IMG/VR virus record: IMGVR_UViG_3300035698_022190
Coordinates: 146,209 to 210,208 of that record
DNA: 64,000 bases
Strand: one strand, 5' to 3'
The notes under the pieces were generated by a model that saw only the letters and a list, made by a program, of their open reading frames with translations, was not told the origin of the DNA and did not search any database. This document shows positions 7,559 through 18,177 of the stretch, in pieces. The translations under genes and the position numbers were made by a program. Each line of letters begins with the position of its first letter. The first letter of the stretch is position 1.

Positions 7559-7978
7559 TTAACTTGAGAGCTTTTCCTTTTCAACGTCCCATTTATGCTT
7601 CAACACAATCTTATAATGGTTAAACTGTTCATGACAATATGTACCCAGATTCATAATACCCCACCCTAAGAAAGGCCAGACACATGATCCTATAACTAAT
7701 AACATTATTAACGCTAATGTTAGGTCCTCTACCCTGTGTGAATGTAGGCTTGGATCTGTGTTTATTTCGATCATCTTAGCTACGCCCCAAATAAAAACTA
7801 GACCCGCAAAAATTCCACCAAAGGCTGTTCCTGTTCGCATATTGCGTTGGTCTTTGGAACCTCTCTGGTAGTTTCCGTCAGGCTTCCAAAGCCAAGCATG
7901 AATAGTGTGAAACCACTCTACCACAAGGGTAAGAGCTAAGTTCTTTGCTACATCTGTATTAGTCGGAGTTGCTGTCAT
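7559..7978 (-). CDS. Two-TM membrane protein
   Basis: Two hydrophobic segments; architecture like the adjacent gene. Confidence 0.7.
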   Translation of the reverse strand: MTATPTNTDVAKNLALTLVVEWFHTIHAWLWKPDGNYQRGSKDQRNMRTGTAFGGIFAGLVFIWGVAKMIEINTDPSLHSHRVEDLTLALIMLLVIGSCVWPFLGWGIMNLGTYCHEQFNHYKIVLKHKWDVEKEKLSS

Positions 7979-8342
7979 GGAAGCTCTCCTTTAACTTTTC
8001 CCAAGACTCTTTGGCCTCGTCCCATTTACGTTCGCACCACCATATAAAACGTCCGGTAAGAAAGCCTATAACTCCCACACAAAACATAAGCAGCATAGCT
8101 AAGCATATCCATAGACAGAGGGTAAATATTCCCATTATAAATCCTGCCCAGTTAGGGATATCATTAGGAACTATGCCAAAGACAATAGCCCCAAAGAAGG
8201 GAAGTGATATCAATAGACCAACAACACCACCAACTGCTCCTCCTTGGTCTTCAAGATCTGAAGAGCCCCATTCATATACTATACTATCCCAGAAGTTACT
8301 TAAAGCATGCTTTAGAATTGCACCTGTTTCTGATTTATCCAT
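7959..8342 (-). CDS. Two-TM membrane protein
   Basis: Two hydrophobic segments; Trp-rich with no in-frame TGA. Confidence 0.7.
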   Translation of the reverse strand: MDKSETGAILKHALSNFWDSIVYEWGSSDLEDQGGAVGGVVGLLISLPFFGAIVFGIVPNDIPNWAGFIMGIFTLCLWICLAMLLMFCVGVIGFLTGRFIWWCERKWDEAKESWEKLKESFHDSNSD

Positions 8343-8551
8343 CTTTCTTCTTCTTCCTTATATGTAGTAAGTGTAAGTTATACTTACGTTGACTTAAGCG
8401 TTTACGTAAGGGAATCAGCCCTCTACCATTACGCTTAGAATTATTATGCATAATATCTCCTTTAATTAATACTTAATATTAAGTATACTAGATTTCTTAT
8501 ACCAAGAATTACCTTTGCTATTTGCCAAGGAAATGCTTATATTTAAGTGTT

Positions 8552-10438
8552 ATGAAAAAACGTAATGTATATTCTCCTTATTTAAAGGATAGTTTGGGCG
8601 CCAACATATCTCGAGTATTTAGAGCTGTTGTAGTTGCCATACCAAAAGAAGAGGGCACAAATCGTCGCACTATCAAGGTACGTGATCTGTCTTCGACTAT
8701 TGGACAGCTGTCTGAAACATTTACAGCATACCCCCCAAACCCCATACCGCACTCTGATACAGGGAGTGGTTTTTACTCTGTACCTGATGTAGGAACAGAA
8801 TGTGTAGTCACAGACACCCATGAAGACGGGATAGTCCAAATTTTGACATATACACCACATACGAAGACAAGTGCTTCAACCCCCCAAGGCGTTCGCCATG
8901 CTGAGAACACAGAGCCAGGGGATTTCTATTTAAAGTCAGGGGGACATATTAAAGGGGTATTGCAGCTTTCACGAGGGGGTCTTGCGAGTTTATTCGCTGG
9001 GCATTTTGCACGCTTATCTGTGAATGGCACGGATAAACTGGTTACAATAGGAAATAAGCGGTTTAAACACTTTAGTGCTGTAGGCAGGCATCTTAATACA
9101 TACCAAGAGTCAGATGATTATACCGGAGAAGATGAGTTTACTACTCACGAGGCTAGTTTTGCACGGACATTTGAACATCCGGGAAGTAGCGATCTTGATT
9201 ATGAAACTGAGATTCAACCTAAAATTATTACTACCAAGTATGTAGACAAAGCATTAGTGCGTGCCGGCGGTATACCAAACCGTAATCACGCCACAAAGTT
9301 TTACCCACAACATACTTACCAGATTGAAACTCGTCAATCAACTGGCGAGAACCCTCAAAAGAAAGATACTATAACCATCTTACGTTTAGGACACCAGGCA
9401 GGCCGTAATTTAGGAGTTTATAAGTACGGTACAGATTTATTCAACCCACCGGGGACCATGGTCGAGCTAGAAAGTAAGCGGGTGACAGCGTCTTCCTCTA
9501 GTTCGATGCTCTGGAGGTATGGAAAGTTTACAAAAGATATACAAACACGAAACCCTGATTTAGCAGCAGGAGCACCAGGCACTGACACAGATTATGTGAG
9601 TGGTGAAGTATTTCGTCATCAAGTATATGAAGGTATAACTCCGGGAGGGGGGTCCGTCTTAAACCCAATGGCAGACTCTAAGCATTATGATTTTGAATTC
9701 CCCAAAAATAAGGCTACAGAGCAACTGACTACCAGTTTCGGCACATTAACTAGTAATTTTGCGTCCGCAGATTTAAAAGGCAGTATTTGGCGTAAGCATA
9801 TTCATAGATATGATACCCCACTCACTGCAGCACCAAAAGGTTTGTCGCGAACGGAAATCTTAGGAAGAGCCTCTGAAGAATACTTGTATTCTGATGTAAT
9901 TTCACATTCACTGGGGACTACTACAGTAGATTATGAACATTATATAAAAAAAGATTTATATCAACGTATATGGACACGAGTAGCCGGGGGAACATCTAAG
10001 CTAAAGGAACAGGTGTCCGGCACAGATGATATTACTTACACCCTTACTCGATCGGACGATGACAATAGCGAAAAAATTACCTTAGAGAAGGATAAAGCTT
10101 TAATAAAAGTATTAACTAAGAGCACTACATATTTAGTTAAGCTGAATGAGGAGGCATTGACCATTTCTATTGAGGATGACACAGATAGTGGGTCAATAGA
10201 GCTAACATCGGGCGGAATCACCATAGACGCTGGAACTAGCCCTGCAAATATTATTAAGTTAGGCGGATCAGGTGGAGAGCAGCAATTAGTAACGAAGTCT
10301 TGGGTAACCAATATATTTATGAAACACATGCATCCAACAGCAGCAACCGGACCACCCTCTACACCTATCCCTTTGCCAGCAATAACTATTCCAGACTCAT
10401 CTAACTCACCCTATACTAAACAAACCAAGGCTGAATAA
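8552..10438 (+). CDS. Baseplate central spike (gpV/gp5-like)
   Basis: N-terminal OB-fold-like GFYSVPDVGTECVV, beta-repeat C-terminus, apex HMHP motif; start set after the TATATT promoter. Confidence 0.7.
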   Translation: MKKRNVYSPYLKDSLGANISRVFRAVVVAIPKEEGTNRRTIKVRDLSSTIGQLSETFTAYPPNPIPHSDTGSGFYSVPDVGTECVVTDTHEDGIVQILTYTPHTKTSASTPQGVRHAENTEPGDFYLKSGGHIKGVLQLSRGGLASLFAGHFARLSVNGTDKLVTIGNKRFKHFSAVGRHLNTYQESDDYTGEDEFTTHEASFARTFEHPGSSDLDYETEIQPKIITTKYVDKALVRAGGIPNRNHATKFYPQHTYQIETRQSTGENPQKKDTITILRLGHQAGRNLGVYKYGTDLFNPPGTMVELESKRVTASSSSSMLWRYGKFTKDIQTRNPDLAAGAPGTDTDYVSGEVFRHQVYEGITPGGGSVLNPMADSKHYDFEFPKNKATEQLTTSFGTLTSNFASADLKGSIWRKHIHRYDTPLTAAPKGLSRTEILGRASEEYLYSDVISHSLGTTTVDYEHYIKKDLYQRIWTRVAGGTSKLKEQVSGTDDITYTLTRSDDDNSEKITLEKDKALIKVLTKSTTYLVKLNEEALTISIEDDTDSGSIELTSGGITIDAGTSPANIIKLGGSGGEQQLVTKSWVTNIFMKHMHPTAATGPPSTPIPLPAITIPDSSNSPYTKQTKAE

Positions 10439-10701
10439 TGCAGACAGTAACAGAAGATAAAATATTTGAGACCTTTAAGTCTTTATATGAGTCCCAAAAC
10501 CATGAGGAAGAGGTAACGATATCGCACACCTTCAATGATGAGACGGGACAAATAACAGATGAGACAGAAGTTCAGGCATTTGATGTAAATGCAGATCTTG
10601 AAGCATTAGTACGCTCTATTATAAAAGCAATGCTAAGTGAAATTAGAAAGAATGGTATAGCTATGGGTGATTCAACTGCTACGAAAATTGAGGTCGGTTA
10701 A
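10438..10701 (+). CDS. Hypothetical baseplate-associated protein
   Basis: TAATG-coupled between spike and tip genes. Confidence 0.6.
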   Translation: MQTVTEDKIFETFKSLYESQNHEEEVTISHTFNDETGQITDETEVQAFDVNADLEALVRSIIKAMLSEIRKNGIAMGDSTATKIEVG

Positions 10702-11114
10702 TGAAGAGCTATATAGTCCATGGAGATAAGATTATATTTGAGCCTATGGCTGGGGCAGCAATAGTTACAGCCCCTCCTGCAGCATTTATTGTTACCAGCA
10801 ACATTGGGGTAGCTATGGGTAGTAAAAAGAATTTAGCAATAGAAGATGATTTAAAAAATGTAAAGGTAAGTGCTACATATATTAGTTCTGCCTTTGTTGG
10901 GGGTACGGGATTAGTTACTTTAATTAATTGGCCCAAAGTATCTAGCAAGACGACTAAGAAAAAGAAGGGGGTACTGACACATGGAGGTAAAGGAAAGTAT
11001 AAACTTAGTGTTGTAACGCCGGCTATCAATCCTTCGGGCGTGGTTGATCCAACACCTATATATAATGGGTCATTTACATCCGTTCCATCACAATTTGTAT
11101 TTACTGAGAAATAA
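10701..11114 (+). CDS. PAAR-like spike tip protein
   Basis: Position after the spike; Gly/Val/Pro-rich, VHGD start. Confidence 0.5.
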   Translation: MKSYIVHGDKIIFEPMAGAAIVTAPPAAFIVTSNIGVAMGSKKNLAIEDDLKNVKVSATYISSAFVGGTGLVTLINWPKVSSKTTKKKKGVLTHGGKGKYKLSVVTPAINPSGVVDPTPIYNGSFTSVPSQFVFTEK

Positions 11115-11209
11115 CTTGACTAAAAGGTCAAACAAGGATATATTTAGGTATAATGAAACAATTAACATCATATAACACGAGCACACGTTCATAAGGCTGG
11201 GAGACGCAA

Positions 11210-13390
11210 ATGAATAACTTATTTCTAGACAATGTTGAGTTTGAAAAGATCGGGGAGCTGATATACTTAGACAAAGATTCAACTAAGTGGATTAAAACAA
11301 TAGTAGGTGCATTCTTGGAACAATACCCAATGATGCAAGACTTGCCTATTACCCTTTCTTGGAAAAAGAAAGATACTAATAAGGGTTACGGCGTTGGTAC
11401 ACTAAACATAGCAGGAGCACAGGTTCCCGTTATTGCAAACCAATGGCAGGTATCACCTTTTGATATCATTCTTGTTTCTGGACAAACATATCCATTAAAC
11501 ACAGACATCTTACAAACTTTAATGACTGAGGCTTCACCTTTTAAAGGTGTTGCTGGGTCTGGAAAGAAACAATCTATGGCTATCTTTGGAGAACAGCTAC
11601 AGATTTCACCACAAGATGTAGGACAAACACCTATTAAATATGCGTCAGCCAATTCTTTTATTGATGCGATAGAAAATGTAGATAAGCAGGCCGTTATAAA
11701 TATTCTTAGAACTGTACAAGATAATCCTACAATTAAGCAAGGCTTTGTTGATAATGACACATATGACATAATTGAGAAAATAGCTACAAAGAAGGTAACT
11801 GACTTACAATCAACGGTGGACACATTTACTCGTGGATTAGAGATGGATCGCCAATTTGTAGCCTCAGATGCTTATGGCAATAAAATTTTAAAGCAAGCTA
11901 ATTCAGCAGTGGATGTGACATGGGATACATCCATTACTCCAGCCGAGGGTGAAACTTATGAATTGAAAACAGCTACACTACCAGAGATTGAAGATGTTAA
12001 GGTTAAAAAACCTGTCGCTATCTTTGGAACGGATACAGACACAGTCTTGCATATATATGAAGACAGATCATGGGAAATAAAAGAAGCAGAATTAAATGAA
12101 GAGCTGGAGAGTACACTTGAAAGTGATCAGCCACACACCGGTGACTTCGGAGTTTGGGCACTACATAATAAGGTAACTGCTCCTTTTGAGGTTTCTCGTA
12201 TTTACAAAACAGCTGAAGTTGATGCTGTAAATAAATATCATATTACAGATTCAGATGACTCTCTATATTTAACAAAAGAGGGTGAATGGTTCAGAACACA
12301 GGAAGAGCGCGAACAGCCACTAACATCTAATTTTGAAGCTGAAGGTGTCGACCCCAAAGTTCATGACTTTGGTGTATGGATCACTAACGATAATGTTACT
12401 GAGCCTTTTGAAATAGTTTCAATGGAAAAGATTGCTGAAATTGGTCAGTGGGAAATCACCGGACATTCAGGTCTAAAGATGACACGTTACTATCCCATTC
12501 GTACCAAGTCGGAAGAATTAGTAGAGAAAGAAAAAAATGCATACTACGTACCAGGAAATGCTAAATTTGTCAAACTAGGTGCTCAGGTAACTGAGGCTGA
12601 TACTGCAGATGTATATAAACAAGCAGCGGAACTAGCAGCTGAAACTAGCGCTGTGTGTATTGAAGGAACAGCTGATTTTCGCAAAGTTTCTTATTATCTT
12701 GAAAAAGATTGTGAGAATAAATCCTTTGTGAATCATCAAATGTATCTGGATGCAAAAGTCGTACCTGAAAAGGCAAGGTTCATTAAATTAGGCGAAAAAG
12801 CCACATATAAATTGCCCAATAGAATAAAAGAAAATGTACACAATATCCATAAAGATTCTGCAGGGCTATACAGATTAAGTGGTAGAGAGTTTGATAAATA
12901 TGCAGATAAACACGAAACTCGTGATCTGAACCATGATAGTGCTTTTTGGGCAATGGTTCACTGTGGAGTAGCCAAAGAAGATCTTCGTAAAATAGCATCA
13001 ATGCACAATGGAGAGACTATTGCGTTGATATCTAACCCAAAAGCTCCATTATCTGTAAAAGATGTGGTTGGCGCAGTAGAACGCAATTATGAAAAGCATG
13101 CAGAAACTATTGGTAAGCTAAAGATCAATTTAGTGAAGGAAGCTTCTGTGTTAAATAATAAAGGTAGTGTAGATGCTGTATTATCTTTAGGATTACTAAA
13201 GAAAAGTAATGCATTAGAATATTCTAACCTTGTACCTCAATATGAGAGTGTAATGTCAGATATGGCAAAATTACTATTAGCCACACGTCTGGGAATGCAG
13301 CAAGTTCCAGAGGAAGCAGTAAAGACGGCTATGTTATCTCTAGCTGATGTAGTGGCGGTATTAAAACAAATTGGAGCCGTAAATAAATAA
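11210..13390 (+). CDS. Large putative head/virion protein with many K-x-A motifs and an internal repeat
   Basis: EKIG, KYAS, EKIA, KTAE, KQAA, KIAS, KEAS; duplicated DFGVW..VT.PFE module. Confidence 0.65.
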   Translation: MNNLFLDNVEFEKIGELIYLDKDSTKWIKTIVGAFLEQYPMMQDLPITLSWKKKDTNKGYGVGTLNIAGAQVPVIANQWQVSPFDIILVSGQTYPLNTDILQTLMTEASPFKGVAGSGKKQSMAIFGEQLQISPQDVGQTPIKYASANSFIDAIENVDKQAVINILRTVQDNPTIKQGFVDNDTYDIIEKIATKKVTDLQSTVDTFTRGLEMDRQFVASDAYGNKILKQANSAVDVTWDTSITPAEGETYELKTATLPEIEDVKVKKPVAIFGTDTDTVLHIYEDRSWEIKEAELNEELESTLESDQPHTGDFGVWALHNKVTAPFEVSRIYKTAEVDAVNKYHITDSDDSLYLTKEGEWFRTQEEREQPLTSNFEAEGVDPKVHDFGVWITNDNVTEPFEIVSMEKIAEIGQWEITGHSGLKMTRYYPIRTKSEELVEKEKNAYYVPGNAKFVKLGAQVTEADTADVYKQAAELAAETSAVCIEGTADFRKVSYYLEKDCENKSFVNHQMYLDAKVVPEKARFIKLGEKATYKLPNRIKENVHNIHKDSAGLYRLSGREFDKYADKHETRDLNHDSAFWAMVHCGVAKEDLRKIASMHNGETIALISNPKAPLSVKDVVGAVERNYEKHAETIGKLKINLVKEASVLNNKGSVDAVLSLGLLKKSNALEYSNLVPQYESVMSDMAKLLLATRLGMQQVPEEAVKTAMLSLADVVAVLKQIGAVNK

Positions 13391-13400
13391 CGGAAATATT

Positions 13401-13694
13401 ATGAGTGAATATACAGTATACAGTAAATCAGCTACGCGTTTAAATTCTTTAGACTTAAACATAACTTATATGAGTAGCCCGGGATATACTACTAGTGGGT
13501 TACTTGAACCTGACACTTATGTTACTGAATACTCTGGTAATGTAGTAGCTACCTTCGATACTAATCTAGAAAGAGAGAATTTAACTATCCGAAAAGATTT
13601 AATGCCATTTCTTACATCGGCAGAGAAAGCAGGGATAGTTGCTATTATAACACGACTAAAGACATTAGCCGAAGGAACTATAGACAATGGGTAA
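13401..13694 (+). CDS. Hypothetical protein
   Basis: 97-aa ORF in operon. Confidence 0.6.
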   Translation: MSEYTVYSKSATRLNSLDLNITYMSSPGYTTSGLLEPDTYVTEYSGNVVATFDTNLERENLTIRKDLMPFLTSAEKAGIVAIITRLKTLAEGTIDNG

Positions 13695-13855
13695 ATTCTT
13701 TAAAAAAGTCTGGGATAACGTTAGTGCCAAGAAAGTCTAGCCAATATGAACCAGGATCTGCGCAGAGAGACAGAATTTCAGAATCTTCTTCATTTTACTT
13801 AAATTAATTAAGCAAATTAACCAATATACCTAAAATATTTAAGCACACACAAAAT

Positions 13856-14203
13856 ATGGCAAAACTTAATGCTAACCCTCCTCTAACAATATCAAAAGAG
13901 GCACATCAGGTTATAGAATCCACCCGATTGAACGCTCACAAGAAGAAAAGTGATTTTTTGCGTGTTAAGGCTACTGTTAGACCTGACACACCCACAGTAT
14001 CCTTCGATATGTTCTTCGATGATGTACTTATGAAGGGAGATATGGCATATAAGACAGAGGGAACAAAACTTTTGTTGGATAATGACACTGCATACTTACT
14101 TGTAGGGTCAAAGCTAGTCCAACTAGACTCAGGAGAGTTAAAATTCGTACATTTAGACACCACAGCATGCTTTGACATGACAGATACACCCATTATGAAC
14201 TAG
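13856..14203 (+). CDS. HesB/IscA-like protein lacking the cluster-binding Cys motifs
   Basis: TISKEA..FLRV..FDMFFDD..GD....EGTKLLLD....L.GS pattern. Confidence 0.5.
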   Translation: MAKLNANPPLTISKEAHQVIESTRLNAHKKKSDFLRVKATVRPDTPTVSFDMFFDDVLMKGDMAYKTEGTKLLLDNDTAYLLVGSKLVQLDSGELKFVHLDTTACFDMTDTPIMN

Positions 14204-14316
14204 ACACAGACAACATATTCCTTCATAAGGCCTAGACCTAATAAGTTTAGGCCTTTCTGTATCTAGACCTTACTATATTAGGCAAATACCCAAGTTTTTC
14301 ACGGAACAACAACCCA

Positions 14317-14520
14317 AGCCTCCGGCTTCGGCCTTCGGCCTCCGCCTCGGACGGTAAAGCACCGTCCTCGGACTGCCTACGGCACCGGGGGACCGTCGCG
14401 TGTGTGCAATGTGCGCAATGTGCGCTGTTGAGCGGGTGTGTGCTGTTGAGCGGGTGTTTTACCCGCGAGAGTTTTTCGAGCTGTTGCGAGCTGTATGTGC
14501 GAGCTGTGTTTTACAGCGAA
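14317..14520. repeat. GC-rich non-coding stem-loops and short tandem repeats
   Basis: GGACGGT-AAAGC-ACCGTCC; TTCGGCC x2; GCAATGTGC x2; GCTGTTGAGCGGGTGT x2; CGAGCTGT x3. Confidence 0.6.
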
Positions 14521-14860
14521 GCTTGGGTTTTATGGTGCTTATGGGCAACATTAATTGCCAATATGACGCATAACAGTGCTTATAGCCAACATGCTAATAA
14601 CCAATATATGGCCGGTTACGTCATGATATAGGCCTTAACAACCAATAAATTACCTATTAACAATCCAAACTTTTCGACAAGGATGTAGGGTCCCCTATCG
14701 GCCCCCCATAGAGTACCTAGATGTGGCCGACAAAATTACCAGGGTACTTGGTATCGCAATCTGTGATCTCAAATTTTTTTAATTTAAATTTCACAAAGGT
14801 CTCTATAGAAATTTTTAAGCTAAAGAAAAGGCTTCTTAAAATAAGCCCTTTCTATAAATG

Positions 14861-15367
14861 CTATAGAAATTCCATTTTTGTTTGTACTGATTTGAAACGG
14901 TTCCCCAGTACTTGTGCTAGCCATATTCTATTACTGAAGAATTGGTATTCATTATAAACAATATAATCCACATCTATATTTCCAAGACGTTGCGCAGCCT
15001 CTACAAACATACCAGCAACTTCAAAAATATCATCTGTAGGGATGGCTGCCCCTGTAACATATTGTCCAATTAGTAGTACACGATCACCGGGTTGGTGCAT
15101 ATCTTCTACAATGCGGCGTATCTCGGGCACGCAACAGCTGTCCAGATGGAAGTTACCCAGGGTACCACATTCAACTCCCTTTCCCATTTTTCGAGCAACA
15201 AGAGTGGCTACAGTATCTTCGGCGAAATCCGGCTCAGTAAAACGTCTGTGTAAAAAATGACGCACAGCCTTTTCTGGCGTAAGTGAAGTTTCTCCCTCAA
15301 AGGAAGCTAGTAATGGCACATTTAGATCTAAAGCTTGTACAAATCCATGTAATTCTTGAGGATTCAT
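14861..15367 (-). CDS. Hypothetical protein, possibly degenerate phosphoribosyltransferase fold
   Basis: PGDRVLLIGQYVTG resembles a PRPP loop without the DD pair. Confidence 0.4.
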   Translation of the reverse strand: MNPQELHGFVQALDLNVPLLASFEGETSLTPEKAVRHFLHRRFTEPDFAEDTVATLVARKMGKGVECGTLGNFHLDSCCVPEIRRIVEDMHQPGDRVLLIGQYVTGAAIPTDDIFEVAGMFVEAAQRLGNIDVDYIVYNEYQFFSNRIWLAQVLGNRFKSVQTKMEFL

Positions 15368-15489
15368 TTTTTGTCTCCTTTTATTTAGTTAGTAAATTAA
15401 GTTACTGTTCTTATACCTAATTTTTTTAAGATTTTGAAGTTGCCCTTTTGATTTTTTTACCTTATATTTAAACATAACCATAAAATTAT

Positions 15490-16842
15490 ATGCCTGAATC
15501 ATTTGATCTTTTTAAAAAAGAAGTCACAGAATGGCTTCTAGACAACGTTCCACAAAATGCTCGAATCCTTGATGTAGGTCCTGGTAAAGGAACCTATAGT
15601 CAGCTCCTTAAACCATATGGCTATCGCCTAGATTGTGTAGAAATATGGCAACCTTACATAGACAAGTATGAGCTATCCAGCCAATACGATCATGTATATA
15701 ATCAAGATATAATGGATTTTGAGGGCCTAGCTTTATATGATTTCATAATTCTAGGGGACGTCCTTGAACACATACCTACGATGCAGGCACAGCAACTTAT
15801 AAATAGTATAATTCAGAAAGGTATAGGATGTCTTGTAGCGGTACCATATAGTATGGAACAGGGAGAATACGATGGCAATATTTATGAGACACACCATCAA
15901 CCAGATTTAACAGAAGATGTTATGAACTATAGATATCCGAGCTTGACGCTTATATATGGTAATCAGTACTACGCATACTACACTAACAAATCTTGGAAAT
16001 ATGAAAAGGCATACGTACTCTTTACAACTGAGTCCTACTCTGATCTGGCTGATATATGTTGCCAATCAATTCGGGCTGTTAGCAAACACCCTATACTTGT
16101 ATATATGGCAAATTCTGATAAACAACTGGCGTCAGCTACCGAAACTATTCGGTGGGATTGTGATGCTAAAATTTTAGTTAATCGAGATGATTTTATACAT
16201 CGTCGAGATAAAAATATATATTTACTTCTGAAAGAAAGACCTTCAATAATGTTAGATGCTTTAAAGCGAACTGAGGTTGCAGCATATGTTGATACGGACT
16301 CTATTGCTAGTAAGCATGCGGATAGAATGTTTGCTTTTTATGATCCAACAGAGGCTTACCCCCATTTTACTAAAGGGATTTATGAGTTTCTGATGGTTGA
16401 TGGAAAAGGCGGGGTTGAGAATAGAGATGAACTTCACAAATCCTTAGAACATAATGCGTGTGATTTGTTTTCTATAGATCAAAGCACACGAAAAGATTAT
16501 AGACAAACAGGTTATTTTGTGTGTGGACAAAATACTACAGGCTTTCTTAAGGAGTGGTATTGGATGTGCCTACACCCGACAATTTTGGGAAATACTTTTA
16601 AGTATTGTCCTTTTCATGAAGAGACCATCGTAAATGTCTTATTATGGAAATATGACCTCACGTGCGGGCTCCCCTTAGTTTATGTAAACGGACTCCATAA
16701 GGATCTTACTTTTAATGGACAAGAACAGCTTTTAGAGGACTGGGTAAAGATTCCAACGCATGAGGAAAATTTACTATTCTACCATGGCGAAAAAGATATA
16801 AAGAAATTAAAGAAATTTCTGCAATATTTGAGGACTTTTTAA
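15490..16842 (+). CDS. Class I SAM methyltransferase fused to a GT-A glycosyltransferase
   Basis: ILDVGPGKG, DVLEHI; C-terminal YVDTD (DxD), FYHG. Confidence 0.8.
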   Translation: MPESFDLFKKEVTEWLLDNVPQNARILDVGPGKGTYSQLLKPYGYRLDCVEIWQPYIDKYELSSQYDHVYNQDIMDFEGLALYDFIILGDVLEHIPTMQAQQLINSIIQKGIGCLVAVPYSMEQGEYDGNIYETHHQPDLTEDVMNYRYPSLTLIYGNQYYAYYTNKSWKYEKAYVLFTTESYSDLADICCQSIRAVSKHPILVYMANSDKQLASATETIRWDCDAKILVNRDDFIHRRDKNIYLLLKERPSIMLDALKRTEVAAYVDTDSIASKHADRMFAFYDPTEAYPHFTKGIYEFLMVDGKGGVENRDELHKSLEHNACDLFSIDQSTRKDYRQTGYFVCGQNTTGFLKEWYWMCLHPTILGNTFKYCPFHEETIVNVLLWKYDLTCGLPLVYVNGLHKDLTFNGQEQLLEDWVKIPTHEENLLFYHGEKDIKKLKKFLQYLRTF

Positions 16843-16879
16843 TAGTTGCTATTCTGGGTTTTTTTAGTTATATTTAAAC

Positions 16880-17488
16880 ATGAGTTATATACTACCAAAA
16901 CACGAATCCATCTTTATTCATATTCCGAAAACAGGTGGAGGAGCAATCAAAAGATGGCTTGCATCGGAACTTCCGGGTATCCAAGTGCAAAACCATGATA
17001 CACCAGAATCACTGGTACGGTATCAAAAAGTAAGTAGAGATCTCGTTGCAGAATATTGGACGTGGGGAGTAATAAGAGACCCTTGGGCACGATTTGTTTC
17101 AGCCTGGACCTCTCGAAGTAGCACCCCAAATTTGGAGAGATATAAAAGAGGAGACACTTTTGAAGAACATCTTCTTAGTTGTTATGAAACTCCTATGGAC
17201 GAACTAATTCGGTTCGACATAATCCTAAAACCACAAATTGACTATATACGTTCTTTAGAGGATTCAAGCCTAGATATGGACTTTCTTATCAATCATGAGA
17301 ATTTTACAAAAGGTTTGAAAAAGGTAACCGATCACTTAGACATACCATTTCCAGTATTACCGAAATATAATGTTTCCGCCGATCCGGATAAACACTTTAG
17401 TACATATTACACCCCTGAAACCAGAGACATGATTGCAGAGATGTATGCTGAAGATATAGAATACGGAAAGTATACTTTCGAAATTTAA
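16880..17488 (+). CDS. Sulfotransferase (Sulfotransfer_2-like)
   Basis: FIHIPKTGG, IRDPWARFVS, YAED motifs. Confidence 0.85.
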   Translation: MSYILPKHESIFIHIPKTGGGAIKRWLASELPGIQVQNHDTPESLVRYQKVSRDLVAEYWTWGVIRDPWARFVSAWTSRSSTPNLERYKRGDTFEEHLLSCYETPMDELIRFDIILKPQIDYIRSLEDSSLDMDFLINHENFTKGLKKVTDHLDIPFPVLPKYNVSADPDKHFSTYYTPETRDMIAEMYAEDIEYGKYTFEI

Positions 17489-17526
17489 AATAAAAAAAGG
17501 GAACTAATACTTCCCTTTTTTCTTCT

Positions 17527-18147
17527 ATGCCTTTTATAATGCCAAAACAAAAAGCAATCTTTCACCACATACCAAAGACAGGTGGAACTAGTATTCGTGC
17601 ATACCTAGAAAATTATACCCATGGCAAAGATGTATATCGTCACAGACCCCCGAGCAAATGTATAGAAGATGGGCGTATCCATCCAAAATGGTTTTTCGAA
17701 TCTTTTAAATTTGCCTTTGTCAGAAACCCATTTGCGCGGGCCGTATCAGTCTGGGAATTTCGAGGACGAACGGATATTAAACGTCGGCACAACTGCGCAA
17801 CTTTTGAGGAATTTATAAAATACTATTACCCACATATGCCACTACAAGATTGGGATCCAGTAGAAGCAACTATGTGCCCACAACATCATTTTGTGATTAA
17901 TAAAAAAGATTCTCGCCTAAGTATGGATTTTGTGGGATATTATGAAAATTTACAGAAACACTTTAATAAGGTCTGTACCCGCTTGAAACTTCCTGTAGGA
18001 ACTTTAGAACACCGCAATAAAGCCTGGTCTTTAAAAAAGTATCCCCATTACAGTACCTATTACACTACAGAACTAAAACAAATGGTTACGGAAATGTACG
18101 AAGAAGATCTAGATACTTTTAAGTACACCTTTGAAAATTTAAGTTAA
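17527..18147 (+). CDS. Sulfotransferase (paralog)
   Basis: FHHIPKTGGTS, VRNPFARAVS, YEED motifs. Confidence 0.85.
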   Translation: MPFIMPKQKAIFHHIPKTGGTSIRAYLENYTHGKDVYRHRPPSKCIEDGRIHPKWFFESFKFAFVRNPFARAVSVWEFRGRTDIKRRHNCATFEEFIKYYYPHMPLQDWDPVEATMCPQHHFVINKKDSRLSMDFVGYYENLQKHFNKVCTRLKLPVGTLEHRNKAWSLKKYPHYSTYYTTELKQMVTEMYEEDLDTFKYTFENLS

Positions 18148-18177
18148 AAGAAGGGTTAACCCTTCTTTATATTTTAC

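Noticed and set aside
13687-13740. MGKFFKKVW mini-ORF with a cargo-like leader
   Set aside because: Stops at TAG after 17 codons, and TAG is a normal stop elsewhere; too short to support
14317-14631. CRISPR array or the 75-aa ORF
   Set aside because: Repeats are short and adjacent without unique spacers; the ORF is a low-complexity artefact; no cas genes in the window
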